This document shows positions 20,360 through 29,509 of a stretch of 34,831 bases of DNA, one piece after another. Position 1 is the stretch's first letter. The number at the start of each line of letters is the position of its first letter. Under the pieces are notes generated by a model. That model was not told the DNA's origin, ran no database searches, and worked only from the letters and a program-made list of their open reading frames with translations. Source of the stretch: Methanosarcinales archaeon (lineage in GTDB: Bacteria > Chloroflexota > Anaerolineae > Anaerolineales > E44-bin32); assembly GCA_048629905.1 (NCBI GenBank), contig JAIWHF010000003.1:1-34831 (forward strand). Reading direction: 5' to 3'. A program made the translations under genes and the position numbers.

Positions 20360-20719
20360 TCAGACCGCCTCAACCTCGCGCTCACGGAGGATGACGCTAA
20401 TATGTGAAGAACGTCGTAACAAAGGCTTGAACCGTCCGCGTGCGCCGAAGCGCCTCCAACGGCGGGTAGGACCAACATCAGCAAAAATGGTGTGCACAAA
20501 TAGATCATCTCTGCTAAGACCCATGTTCTCCTCGGCGTTCGCCACCGCGGAGCGAAGCAGTTTATAAACCGGTTTGGCTGCACCTTTTTGCTCAAAGCGT
20601 AATGCGCTCATCGCCTCAACCACATTCATGCCGCGTACAAGATCGATGACCAGCCGCACTTTCTGCGGTGATATCGGGACATATCGAACTTTCGCTCGCA
20701 CATCGACAGTATCTATCAT
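20360..20719 (-). CDS. rplV: 50S ribosomal protein L22
   Basis: [32 protein letters not shown]. Confidence 0.98.
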   Translation of the reverse strand: MIDTVDVRAKVRYVPISPQKVRLVIDLVRGMNVVEAMSALRFEQKGAAKPVYKLLRSAVANAEENMGLSRDDLFVHTIFADVGPTRRWRRFGARGRFKPLLRRSSHISVILREREVEAV

Positions 20720-21006
20720 ACTTCTTCCCTCGTGCGAGTGGTCCTATCTCTCCCAACATGTCCTCGAAAAGTCCGGGTTGGCGCGAATTCACCTAGCTTA
20801 TGCCCAACCATATTTTCGGTGATGTAGATCGGCACATGACGCCGGCCATCATGCACGGCGAGTGTATGACCGACCATTTGCGGGAAGATGGTGCTCGCCC
20901 GACTCCACGTTCGGATGACGGTCTTATCGCCGCGCTCATTCATCTCTTCAACTTTTCTTAGTAACTTCGGGTCAATAAAGGGACCCTTTTTCAATGATCT
21001 AGACAT
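20716..21006 (-). CDS. rpsS: 30S ribosomal protein S19
   Basis: True start [10 protein letters not shown] at ATG 21006; [17 protein letters not shown]. Confidence 0.98.
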   Translation of the reverse strand: MSRSLKKGPFIDPKLLRKVEEMNERGDKTVIRTWSRASTIFPQMVGHTLAVHDGRRHVPIYITENMVGHKLGEFAPTRTFRGHVGRDRTTRTREEV

Positions 21007-21040
21007 TCTTCTTCGCCTCCACCGTTTATGATTTGGAAAG

Positions 21041-21877
21041 CTAACGGCGATGCTTTGATCGGTGACGGATAATGTATTTCTCCGTGCGTTTGTTCTGGCG
21101 TGTCTTCTTACCCAGCGTTGGCTTACCCCACGGACTTTTCGGTCCGGGTAAACCAATCGGTGATCTTCCCTCACCGCCACCATGAGGGTGATCGCGCGGG
21201 CTCATCGCCGATCCACGCACTGCGGGTCGGATTCCCCTATGGCGCTTACGCCCGGCCTTCCCCAATTTGATGTTGCCATGATCGGGGTTGCCGACTTCTC
21301 CAACGGTTGCATAGCATGTCTGGCGAACTCTGCGTACTTCGCCGGATGGCAGACGGATTGCCGCATAGGCGCCCTCTTTACCCAGCAACTGTGCTGAGGT
21401 GCCTGCGGATCTCACCATCTGACCGCCACGCCCTTCTTTCAACTCGATGTTATGAATGGTCGTTCCCAATGGGATACTCGCCAGCGGCAGGCTGTTGCCT
21501 GGGCGAATTTCCACTGTGGGACCCGCAAGTACGGTATCGCCGACTTGCAATCCCAAAGGCGCGAGGATGTATCGTTTCTCGCCATCGTTATAGTGAAGAA
21601 GTGCCAGGCGGGCGGAGCGGTTGGGGTCGTATTCAATCGCAGCCACTCGAGCCGCTATTTCCCGCTTATCCCGCTTGAAGTCGACCTTGCGAATATGGCG
21701 TTTATGCCCACCTCCGCGATGTCGAACTGTGATTCGTCCCGAATTATTACGCCCTGCATAGCGTTTCCTGGCGATCAGAAGTGAGGCCTCAGGCTTCGTC
21801 TTCGTGATCTCCTCAAATGTATGTCCGCTCATTCCCCGGCGACCGGGTGATGTGGGTTTATATTTTTTTACCGGCAT
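21041..21877 (-). CDS. rplB: 50S ribosomal protein L2
   Basis: [26 protein letters not shown]. Confidence 0.98.
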   Translation of the reverse strand: MPVKKYKPTSPGRRGMSGHTFEEITKTKPEASLLIARKRYAGRNNSGRITVRHRGGGHKRHIRKVDFKRDKREIAARVAAIEYDPNRSARLALLHYNDGEKRYILAPLGLQVGDTVLAGPTVEIRPGNSLPLASIPLGTTIHNIELKEGRGGQMVRSAGTSAQLLGKEGAYAAIRLPSGEVRRVRQTCYATVGEVGNPDHGNIKLGKAGRKRHRGIRPAVRGSAMSPRDHPHGGGEGRSPIGLPGPKSPWGKPTLGKKTRQNKRTEKYIIRHRSKHRR

Positions 21878-22179
21878 TAAAGAACCCCTTCGAACACATC
21901 AATGTTGTCCCCTGGCTTCAGGGTGACAATCGCTTTCTTGTATCCGCCTCGCCGCACTTGGCGTCGGCGGTTCCGCAAACTACGCGCCACCTTTGCGGGT
22001 CGATTTATTACATTCACGCGCAGGACAGTTACATCAAACATCGCCTCAACCGCTTCTTTGATCTGCTGCTTATTAGCTTTCGAGCCAACTTCGAAAGTGA
22101 ATTGATTCAAATTACTGCTCTGAAAGTTCGTTTTCTCTGTAATAAGCGGGCGACGCAGGATATCGTATATTGTTGTCAT
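21877..22179 (-). CDS. rplW: 50S ribosomal protein L23
   Basis: [25 protein letters not shown]. Confidence 0.97.
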   Translation of the reverse strand: MTTIYDILRRPLITEKTNFQSSNLNQFTFEVGSKANKQQIKEAVEAMFDVTVLRVNVINRPAKVARSLRNRRRQVRRGGYKKAIVTLKPGDNIDVFEGVL

Positions 22180-22190
22180 CTCGACACTCC

Positions 22191-22814
22191 TCAGCTGCCC
22201 AGATACGTCTGGATCACATCCAGCACGTCCAGCGGCATCACCAGCCGCTCGTATCCCAGCAAATCGCGAATATTCAAATAATTAGCTCTCAATGTTTTCA
22301 CATTCTGCAGGTTGCGCGCCGACAACTCAACATTGGTATTCTCGCCCGGCAGGATGATCAATGCGCTTGCCTGTCCGGCGATTCGATTGATCACCTCTAT
22401 CATTTCCTTCGTCTTCGGCTCAGCCATTGAGAACTTATCAAGCACGATGATCTCATTTTGAGCAGCTTTTACCGACAGTGCAGAGCATAAAGCCGCCCGG
22501 CGCATTTTTCGGGGCATTTTCTTGCTGTAATCACGCTGGCGAGGCGTATGGGCTCCCCCACCGCCAACCCAGATTGGCGAACGGCGTGACCCATGGCGCG
22601 CTCGTCCTGTGCCTTTTTGACGCCACGGTTTCGCACCACCGCCACGAACTTCGCCCCGCGACTTGGTCTTGTGGGTTCCCAACCGAGCATTGGCAAGCTG
22701 TCGAACGAATGCCTGATGCATCAGATCACGCTTGATCGGCGCTTCAAAGATCTGCGGAGGGAGCTCCGTGGTATCTATTTTCTTTCCTTTAATGTCAATA
22801 ACGTCTACTTTCAT
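22191..22814 (-). CDS. rplD: 50S ribosomal protein L4
   Basis: KPWRQKGTGRARHGS, SARNL. Confidence 0.98.
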   Translation of the reverse strand: MKVDVIDIKGKKIDTTELPPQIFEAPIKRDLMHQAFVRQLANARLGTHKTKSRGEVRGGGAKPWRQKGTGRARHGSRRSPIWVGGGGAHTPRQRDYSKKMPRKMRRAALCSALSVKAAQNEIIVLDKFSMAEPKTKEMIEVINRIAGQASALIILPGENTNVELSARNLQNVKTLRANYLNIRDLLGYERLVMPLDVLDVIQTYLGS

Positions 22815-22831
22815 CGCTCGCTCCGGAGGAC

Positions 22832-23461
22832 CTATTGCTTACGTACTTCTTTGATCATGACTACGCTGCCCCGAGCACCCGGCACACTTCCACGGACACC
22901 GAGTAAATTATGCTCAGGGTCAATCAATTCCACGCGAATGTTCTGCGATGTCACCCTTGCTGTGCCCATGCGTCCCGGCATTTTCTTCCCCTTAAAAACT
23001 CGTCCTGGGGTTGATCCGGCGCCCGCTGATCCGGGGGCACGTTCACGATCAGACTGGCCATGCGTCTTGGGTCCCCTGTGAAATCTATGTCGTTTAATAC
23101 CGCCGGCAAACCCCTTGCCTTTGCTAATGCCGGTGACATCTACAAAATCCCCAACCTGAAAAACATCTACCTTGAGCTGATCCCCTTCTTTCAGATCTTC
23201 AACCGATTTCACCCTGAATTCACGCAGATAGCGCAGCGGCGGCAAATCGTTCTTCTTCAGATGACCTAATTGACCACCTGAGAGGTGCTTGGGTTTGGCT
23301 TCACCAAAACCGAGCTGAACGGCTTTATAGTGATCGCGCTTTGGGTGGCGAATGATCGTGACATAACAAGGCCCAGCTTCGATTAGCGTAACCGGGACAA
23401 TATTGCCCGATTCATCGAAAACCTGGGTCATGCCGACTTTCTTGCCAATAAGCCCTTTCAT
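22832..23461 (-). CDS. rplC: 50S ribosomal protein L3
   Basis: GKKVGMTQVF, SKGKGFAGGIKRH, PGRVFKGKKMPG. Confidence 0.98.
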   Translation of the reverse strand: MKGLIGKKVGMTQVFDESGNIVPVTLIEAGPCYVTIIRHPKRDHYKAVQLGFGEAKPKHLSGGQLGHLKKNDLPPLRYLREFRVKSVEDLKEGDQLKVDVFQVGDFVDVTGISKGKGFAGGIKRHRFHRGPKTHGQSDRERAPGSAGAGSTPGRVFKGKKMPGRMGTARVTSQNIRVELIDPEHNLLGVRGSVPGARGSVVMIKEVRKQ

Positions 23462-23664
23462 TCTCTCTCTCCTATTTCAAATTCCTTGACGGGACTGTCA
23501 GCCAGGGCATGGCTGCATCATCCCCGATCACCGTGTAGTAAACCGCCAGGGAAAGGAAGCTCGGATTTGGTGTTCCATTCGCCCGTCCGGCTCTTACACG
23601 GCCACTTTTTCAACTCTTGCACCCTGGAGATTCTTTTATTCTCCGGGGCACTCAAAATCAATTG

Positions 23665-23973
23665 TTAAATCTTTATCTCAATATCTACACCGGCTGGAAG
23701 ATTCAAACGCATTAGTGTATCGATCGTCTTTGTATCTGGCTCCATGACATCAATTAAGCGCTTGTGAGTCCTTATCTCAAAATGCTCATGTGAGTCCTTG
23801 TCGATGAATGTCGACCGACGGACTGTGAAGCGTTCAATTCTTGTTGGCAGAGGGACTGGCCCGACTACTTTAGCGCCTGTGCGCTCGGCTGTTTCAACAA
23901 TTCGCTGCGCCGATGAGTCGAGTACCCGATGGTCATATGCCTTCAGCCGGATACGAATCTTCTGTTTTGCCAT
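23665..23973 (-). CDS. rpsJ: 30S ribosomal protein S10
   Basis: [28 protein letters not shown]. Confidence 0.98.
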   Translation of the reverse strand: MAKQKIRIRLKAYDHRVLDSSAQRIVETAERTGAKVVGPVPLPTRIERFTVRRSTFIDKDSHEHFEIRTHKRLIDVMEPDTKTIDTLMRLNLPAGVDIEIKI

Positions 23974-23980
23974 TGTTCAC

Positions 23981-25183
23981 CTATTCCAGGATCTCTGTGA
24001 TAACGCCCGCTCCAACCGTCAAACCGCCTTCGCGGATCGCAAACTTCGAACCTTTCTCCAACGCCACCGGCGTGATCAGCTCCACCGTCAGGTTCACATT
24101 GTCCCCGGGCATCACCATCTCCACACCTTCCGGCATCTCGATCGTGCCCGTCACGTCCAACGTCCGAATGTAGAACTGCGGCCGATACCCGTTGAAGAAC
24201 GCCTTGTGCCTGCCCCCCTCTTCCTTCGTCAGCACGTACACCTCACCCAGGAACTTCGTGTGCGGCTCTATCGATCCCGGCGCCGCTACCACCATCCCCC
24301 GCTCTACATCCTCACGGTCGATCCCTCGCAGCAGCAAGCCCACATTGTCTCCAGCCTGCCCATCGTCCAGGATCTTGTGGAACATCTCCACTCCGGTCAC
24401 CACCGAACCGAATGTCTTGTCTCTCTGCCCAACGATGTCTACCGCATCACCTGTCTTGATCTTCCCCCGATCTATACGCCCCGTCACCACCGTGCCGCGG
24501 CCCTTGATCGAGAATACATCCTCCACCGGCATCATGAACGGCTTGTCCAGTTCACGCTTCGGCTCCGGTATGTACTCATCTACTACCCGCAGCAGTTCCT
24601 TGATGCTCTCATAATCTGGATCATCCGGATCCGTGCTGTCACTCTCCAACGCTTTCAACGCACTCCCCATCACGATCGGTGTCTCGTCTCCAGGGAACTC
24701 GTAATCGGTCAACAGCTCCCGCAGCTCCAGCTCCACTAGCTCCAACAGCTCCGGGTCGTCCATCATGTCTATTTTGTTCAGATACACCACGATCGACGGC
24801 ACTTCCACCTGCCGCGCCAGCAGCACGTGTTCCCGTGTCTGCGGCATCGCCCCGTCCGGGGCCGCCACTACCAGTATCGCCCCATCGATCTGCGCTGCTC
24901 CCGTGATCATGTTCTTGATGTAGTCACGGTGACCGGGCATATCCACGTGCGCATAGTGCCGCTTCTCGGTCTCGTATTCCACATGCGCTATTGCTATCGT
25001 GATCCCCCGTTCTTTCTCCTCCGGCGCATTGTCGATCGAATCAAACGGCCGAAAGTCAGCATCCCCACTAAACGATGCGTATTTCGTGATCGCCGCGGTT
25101 AACGTCGTCTTCCCATGGTCTATGTGCCCCATGGTCCCTACGTTCATGTGCGGCTTCGTCCGCTCAAATTTCTCCTTGGCCAT
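23981..25183 (-). CDS. tuf: Elongation factor Tu
   Basis: True start [12 protein letters not shown] at ATG 25183 behind GAGGAG; [24 protein letters not shown]; 400 aa. Confidence 0.99.
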   Translation of the reverse strand: MAKEKFERTKPHMNVGTMGHIDHGKTTLTAAITKYASFSGDADFRPFDSIDNAPEEKERGITIAIAHVEYETEKRHYAHVDMPGHRDYIKNMITGAAQIDGAILVVAAPDGAMPQTREHVLLARQVEVPSIVVYLNKIDMMDDPELLELVELELRELLTDYEFPGDETPIVMGSALKALESDSTDPDDPDYESIKELLRVVDEYIPEPKRELDKPFMMPVEDVFSIKGRGTVVTGRIDRGKIKTGDAVDIVGQRDKTFGSVVTGVEMFHKILDDGQAGDNVGLLLRGIDREDVERGMVVAAPGSIEPHTKFLGEVYVLTKEEGGRHKAFFNGYRPQFYIRTLDVTGTIEMPEGVEMVMPGDNVNLTVELITPVALEKGSKFAIREGGLTVGAGVITEILE

Positions 25184-25230
25184 GATCTTTATCTCCTCGT
25201 TCTTTCTAAAAGAATTCTTTCGGCACTTAG

Positions 25231-25303
25231 AGCCCTCAAGGGGAATTGAACCCCTGACCCCGTTCTTACCAAGAACGTGCTCTACCGTCTGAGCTATGAG
25301 GGC
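25231..25303 (-). tRNA. tRNA-Thr (GGT)
   Basis: Cloverleaf: acceptor GCCCTCA/TGAGGGC, anticodon arm CGTTC-TTGGTAA-GAACG, T arm AGGGG-TTCAATT-CCCCT; CCA not encoded. Confidence 0.96.
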
Positions 25304-25345
25304 TTGAACCACAGTCCCGAGTTGTTATCACAAGCCGAGCCTGAG

Positions 25346-25427
25346 TGGGCGGTGACGGATTCGAACCGCCGAAGGCAACGCCAGCTGATTTACAGTCAGC
25401 CCCCTTTGGCCACTTGGGTAACCGCCC
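25346..25427 (-). tRNA. tRNA-Tyr (GTA)
   Basis: Acceptor GGGCGGT/ACCGCCC, anticodon arm GCTGA-CTGTAAA-TCAGC, long variable arm, T loop TTCGAAT; CCA not encoded. Confidence 0.96.
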
Positions 25428-25497
25428 ATTGCCCTATATCGGTCAGCAAATGCCTTCCGCAGCAGCATCGCTCCAGTACAAACTAAACGACACAGCA

Positions 25498-25569
25498 AGC
25501 CGACGATGGGAGTCGAACCCATAACCTACCACTTACAAAGCGGTTGCTCTGCCATTGAGCTACGTCGGC
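25498..25569 (-). tRNA. tRNA-Thr (TGT)
   Basis: Acceptor GCCGACG/CGTCGGC, anticodon arm ACCGC-TTTGTAA-GTGGT, T arm ATGGG-TTCGACT-CCCAT; CCA not encoded. Confidence 0.96.
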
Positions 25570-25608
25570 ATGATAATAAAATGCGCCTCACCTGCTCGGC
25601 GCGGTCTT

Positions 25609-25617
25609 ATTATACCA
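25609..25617 (-). promoter_or_regulatory. Extended -10 promoter for the tRNA-tuf transcript
   Basis: TGGTATAAT (TGn-TATAAT) 39 nt upstream of tRNA-Thr(TGT), followed by GC-rich discriminator-like AAGACCGCGCC; no clear -35. Confidence 0.65.
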
Positions 25618-25695
25618 GACTCCCTTGCCGACTTTGCTCGCCGAGTCTACCAAGATTCAGAGGCATCGTCAATGGAAATGCGCATCGCGCCACGT

Positions 25696-26460
25696 TCACT
25701 GAGTGTTCGAAACTTCGAAACCTCGCCGTTCCAAGATGGCGTAAAGAGCAATTGCACCGGCGACGGAGGCGTTCAATGATTCGATCTCCCCTCGCATAGG
25801 AATCCTGAGCAGGAAGTCGCACGATTCCTTAACCCTACGCCGCATTCCCGACCCCTCGTTGCCAACAACCAGACCCAATGGACCTTTAAGATCCGCGTCC
25901 CAATAGATAGATGCTTCTGGAGCATCCTCCAGGCCTGCAACCCAGAGGTCTGCTTTTTTTAGACGTTCGATTGAATCGGCCAGGTTACCCCGAGCGATGA
26001 TCATGTGCTCGCTCGCCCCGGAAGATGCGCTGACAACTGCCGGTGTTACAGAGGCACTCCTGCGCGCAGGAATGACCACGCCGTGGACTCCTACGGCTTC
26101 TGCTGTGCGCAACAGTGTCCCTAGATTCTGAGGGTCCTGAATCATATCCAAAAGCAGTATCCAGGGAGGCTCTTCTCGCTCTGAGGCTAGTTCCAGCATC
26201 TCCTCGACTGACCCGTATTCGAAGGGATCAACAATCGCCACAACCCCCTGGTGATTAGAGTGCTTTCGATCCAATGAGGCCCTGGGGACACGTTTAATTC
26301 GTATTCCGCTCGCACGCGCCAAATCGTTGATCTCAACGAGGAGATCTCGCTCGTCGACCCCTTCGGCGAGTTGAATTTGATGGATTCGGCGTCGCCCTGC
26401 CCGCATTACTTCTCGAACCGGGTTTCGCCCGTATATTGTTTCTTCTCTATTCCCACTCAT
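25696..26460 (-). CDS. rlmB: 23S rRNA (guanosine-2'-O)-methyltransferase RlmB, TrmH/SPOUT family
   Basis: IYGRNPVRE, HQGV, DPQNLGTLLRTA, GNEGSG, IPMRG..ESLNASVA. Start ambiguous (26460 or 26541). Confidence 0.93.
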   Translation of the reverse strand: MSGNREETIYGRNPVREVMRAGRRRIHQIQLAEGVDERDLLVEINDLARASGIRIKRVPRASLDRKHSNHQGVVAIVDPFEYGSVEEMLELASEREEPPWILLLDMIQDPQNLGTLLRTAEAVGVHGVVIPARRSASVTPAVVSASSGASEHMIIARGNLADSIERLKKADLWVAGLEDAPEASIYWDADLKGPLGLVVGNEGSGMRRRVKESCDFLLRIPMRGEIESLNASVAGAIALYAILERRGFEVSNTQ

Positions 26461-26547
26461 GTCTATTAACTTAGGGTCTGTTACCTTCTGGATAGAAATT
26501 CGCCCCAGCTCTTGATCGAACTGGGGCGTCGGTTTGTTCATGCTCGG

Positions 26548-27945
26548 CTAGTGGACTCTCCAGACCGTCCCCCCCTTGCCATCTTCCAGTGATATCCCCA
26601 ATTCACTTAATCTGTCGCGTATCCTATCCGAGAGTTCCCACTGCTCGGCAGTTCGCAGCTCCCTCCTGATTTCCAGAAGCAGATCAATGAAAGGTGCAGC
26701 CTCTGCGTCCAGTTGATCTTTTTGAGTAAGCGATAATCCAAAAACGCCCGCCAATTTACAAAGTACATCCTGCGCAGCGCTTAGATTCTCTTGGTCGATC
26801 CCAGCCGTCCTCGCTTCGTTGATCGCCCTGACTAACTCAAAAAGATGCCCCAGTGCTCCAGCGCTGTTGAAATCATCATCCATCGCCGTTTCAAAGCCAA
26901 TCCTGGCTTGTTCTGCTGCCTGAGCCAGGGTTGCCGCTTCGCCTGGGTCGAAATCGGAAAGGGGGGAGGCAGAACGCAACCCGCCCTTCAATCTCGCGAG
27001 AGCGTGCGCCGCTTGCTCGATTACATCCTCATTATAAGTAAGCGGACTGCGATAACTGGCGTTCAAAATCAAGAGTCGCAGGACATCCGCCTCGAACTTC
27101 CCTAGAAACTGTTCGATTGTAAAAACGTTACCGGTTGACTTCGACATATCCTCGCCACTGAGTTGCATCATGCCATTGTGTACCCAATAACGAGCGAAGG
27201 TTTTATCGGTATAGCTTTCTGATTGAGCAATCTCATTCTCGTGGTGCGGGAAGATCAGGTCATTCCCGCCACCATGAATATCAATTTGATCTCCCAGGTG
27301 ATGCAGGCTCATCGCTGAGCACTCAATATGCCATCCTGGTCTTCCCGGTCCCCACGGGCTTTCCCACGCGGGTTCGCCGGGTTTAGTTGCCTTCCAGAGC
27401 GCAAAATCCGCAGGATCTTCCTTCCGGTCATCGACTCCGAGGCGAGCACCAGCGCGCATATCTTCCAATACTCGTCTTGAGAGACGCCCATAATCCTCGT
27501 CTTTCGCCACTCTGAAATATACGTCCCCGTCTACGTCGTACGCATATCCTTTATCCATCAGGCCCTTTATCACACCGATGATGGTTTCGATCTCGGTGGA
27601 CACTCTCGGGAAGACATGTGCGGGCAGGACATTAAGTTCTTTCAAGTGCTGATCGTATTCGTCGATGTATTGCTCCGCGAGATCGAGAGGGTCGACACCA
27701 AGATCTTGTGCGCGCAGGATGACTTTGTCATCGACGTCCGTGTAGTTCATGACATGTTGAACGTCATACCCTTTGTGTTCAAGGTATCGGCGGATCACAT
27801 CGAAGACAATCGATGACATTGCATGACCGACATGCGCCTTGTCGTACACCGTAGGCCCACAGACATAGAGCCGGACCTTTCCGGGATCCAGTGTCTCAAA
27901 CTGCTCTTTCTTGCGGGTCATGGTGTTATAGATCGTCAACGTCAT
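26548..27945 (-). CDS. cysS: Cysteine--tRNA ligase
   Basis: [12 protein letters not shown] (HIGH), [30 protein letters not shown] (KMSKS). Confidence 0.98.
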   Translation of the reverse strand: MTLTIYNTMTRKKEQFETLDPGKVRLYVCGPTVYDKAHVGHAMSSIVFDVIRRYLEHKGYDVQHVMNYTDVDDKVILRAQDLGVDPLDLAEQYIDEYDQHLKELNVLPAHVFPRVSTEIETIIGVIKGLMDKGYAYDVDGDVYFRVAKDEDYGRLSRRVLEDMRAGARLGVDDRKEDPADFALWKATKPGEPAWESPWGPGRPGWHIECSAMSLHHLGDQIDIHGGGNDLIFPHHENEIAQSESYTDKTFARYWVHNGMMQLSGEDMSKSTGNVFTIEQFLGKFEADVLRLLILNASYRSPLTYNEDVIEQAAHALARLKGGLRSASPLSDFDPGEAATLAQAAEQARIGFETAMDDDFNSAGALGHLFELVRAINEARTAGIDQENLSAAQDVLCKLAGVFGLSLTQKDQLDAEAAPFIDLLLEIRRELRTAEQWELSDRIRDRLSELGISLEDGKGGTVWRVH

Positions 27946-27951
27946 CGAACC

Positions 27952-29028
27952 TTACTCCTGAGCGTGAGCGTTCTCGTCATTCATCTTAAGCCGGGCGAAA
28001 ATCATCCTACCTGCGGCCGTTTGAAGCACCTTGGTGACATTTACCAGAATCACACTGCCAATTTGCTTCTCACCATCTTCGATGACGACCATTGTTCCAT
28101 CGTCAAGGTAGCCAACCCCCTGTCCCGCTTCTTTACCTTTTTGAATGACATCCACTTCAAGCGTCTCGCCTGGCAAAAATACCGCTTTAACCGCGTTAGC
28201 TAACTCGTTGATATTCAATATACCGACACCCTGCAACTCGGCAACGCGGTTCAAGTTATAGTCGTTAGTTAGGACTTTGCAGCGAAGTTGTTTAGCGAGG
28301 ACCACTAACTTATCGTCCACCTCCCGCACACCTTCCACATCTAAATCTGTGATGCGCATTGAGATAAGTGGATCCTTTTTAAGCCGGTTGAGTATATCCA
28401 ACCCCCGGCGGCCACGCTGTCTCCTCAATCCATCGGATGAATCTGCGACATGTTGAAGTTCGTTCAAGACAAACGATGGCACCAGCATATTGCCGGCAAT
28501 AAAGCCCGTGCGGGCGATATCAGCAATCCGCCCATCAATTATCACGCTGGTGTCCAGCAATACGTTATTGTTATCCGCCGAAAGATCTTGATCTCCCTTG
28601 CTCAATGACCCAAAACGGGACCCAACCATATTGAAGATTTCATTCTGGCGTGTTGTGAAAATGACGATGCCTAAGTAGCCGGTGAGAATGGCGCCAATGA
28701 AGGGCAGCAATTGGCCAAACGGTTTAGGTAGTAGTGAAAGGGGGAAGGCAATCAGCGCCCCGACAATCAAGCCAATGATTGCCCCTAACAATCCAGCCAT
28801 CATTGTCTTTAATGAAATTGTTGAGAGCTTGCTGCGTATGGCGCTCATTGGACGAGTGGTCAGAAATGGTGTGACTACAAGCCCCAATAACGCGCCAACC
28901 ATTCCAAAGACGACAGCCCAGAGAACAGGCTCATCTCCCGCAAAATTCGCCAGCACTGTCCCAAGGTAGACACCGCCAATGGATAAAGCAATCATTCCAA
29001 TAATTCGAGCAATAAAGTCGGCACTCAT
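27952..29028 (-). CDS. Membrane-anchored PIN/TRAM domain protein (YacL-like)
   Basis: Four N-terminal TM segments; PIN motifs LLDTSVIIDGRI and LTNDYNL; TRAM motifs QGVGYLDDGTMVV and QTAAGRMIFA. Confidence 0.93.
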   Translation of the reverse strand: MSADFIARIIGMIALSIGGVYLGTVLANFAGDEPVLWAVVFGMVGALLGLVVTPFLTTRPMSAIRSKLSTISLKTMMAGLLGAIIGLIVGALIAFPLSLLPKPFGQLLPFIGAILTGYLGIVIFTTRQNEIFNMVGSRFGSLSKGDQDLSADNNNVLLDTSVIIDGRIADIARTGFIAGNMLVPSFVLNELQHVADSSDGLRRQRGRRGLDILNRLKKDPLISMRITDLDVEGVREVDDKLVVLAKQLRCKVLTNDYNLNRVAELQGVGILNINELANAVKAVFLPGETLEVDVIQKGKEAGQGVGYLDDGTMVVIEDGEKQIGSVILVNVTKVLQTAAGRMIFARLKMNDENAHAQE

Positions 29029-29054
29029 GATTAAATCCCTTCTATGAAAAACTT

Positions 29055-29094
29055 AAATAAAAACAGGGTCGACACCCGGTTTCGGTGTCCACCC
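29055..29094 (-). terminator. Intrinsic terminator/attenuator hairpin in the 5' leader of PIN/TRAM-cysS-rlmB
   Basis: Minus strand GGGTGGACACC-GAAACCG-GGTGTCGACCC followed by TGTTTTTATTT, ending about 26 nt before the ATG. Confidence 0.65.
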
Positions 29095-29246
29095 ATAAGG
29101 GAAGCCACATCCAAAAATATCCGTTCTAATGTCCCCCGCAAAAACTAAGTCTATCGACCCAAAATAATGCGGGGCATAAGATAATAAGGATTAAACCGGG
29201 CAGAGGGATTAATATTGAAGCGATAATGTTCTCCCTCGCATTTTTA

Positions 29247-29276
29247 ATAATACCATGTCAGGAAACAGAGCGCCAA
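29247..29276 (-). promoter_or_regulatory. Putative promoter for the PIN/TRAM-cysS operon
   Basis: TTGGCG, 18 nt spacer, TATTAT with extended TG (TGGTATTAT). Confidence 0.5.
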
Positions 29277-29464
29277 CGCGAGGTTCTTACCTGAACAGGA
29301 CTCACAGTCACTTTGATAGTTACGCTGATCCTCTGCTGCAAGCGAGAAGTATCTCGAATTCAAAGAGCCAGGGGGAATTGCTGAACCGGGAATGCAAACT
29401 CTAATCAGCAGACCAGTTGAGCGCCAGCCCATCCTCATTTCGTGTGATTCAACGGAGCTCTCAG

Positions 29465-29480
29465 AGTGACTTCTCTCACT
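29465..29480. promoter_or_regulatory. Palindromic operator AGTGA-N6-TCACT (Crp/Fnr- or Rex-like)
   Basis: AGTGA CTTCTC TCACT, 23 nt upstream of a perfect TATAAT. Confidence 0.5.
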
Positions 29481-29503
29481 TCTATTCAACATCGACACAG
29501 GTT

Positions 29504-29509
29504 TATAAT
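29504..29509 (+). promoter_or_regulatory. -10 element for the hoxEF-fdh operon
   Basis: Perfect TATAAT 134 nt upstream of the hoxE-like ATG; no consensus -35. Confidence 0.5.

Noticed and set aside
8947-21183. Long N-terminal extensions on L17, S14, L24, S19 and L6 in the ORF track
   Set aside because: Artefacts of choosing the first start codon. For L17, S14, L24 and S19 they overlap the upstream gene, and canonical N-termini occur internally in all five.
23798-24739. 313-aa plus-strand ORF opposite tuf and rpsJ
   Set aside because: Antisense shadow of highly biased coding sequence; no recognisable motifs.
25184-25312. 43-aa N-terminal extension of EF-Tu in the ORF track
   Set aside because: It overlaps tRNA-Thr(GGT); the true start is ATG 25183 with a GAGGAG RBS.
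25304-25345. tRNA-Gly expected between tRNA-Tyr and tRNA-Thr
   Set aside because: The spacer is only 42 nt with no cloverleaf; the gene is absent here.
29244-29498. 84-aa minus-strand ORF in the divergent intergenic region
   Set aside because: No recognisable domain or RBS, and it overlaps the predicted promoter and operator elements.
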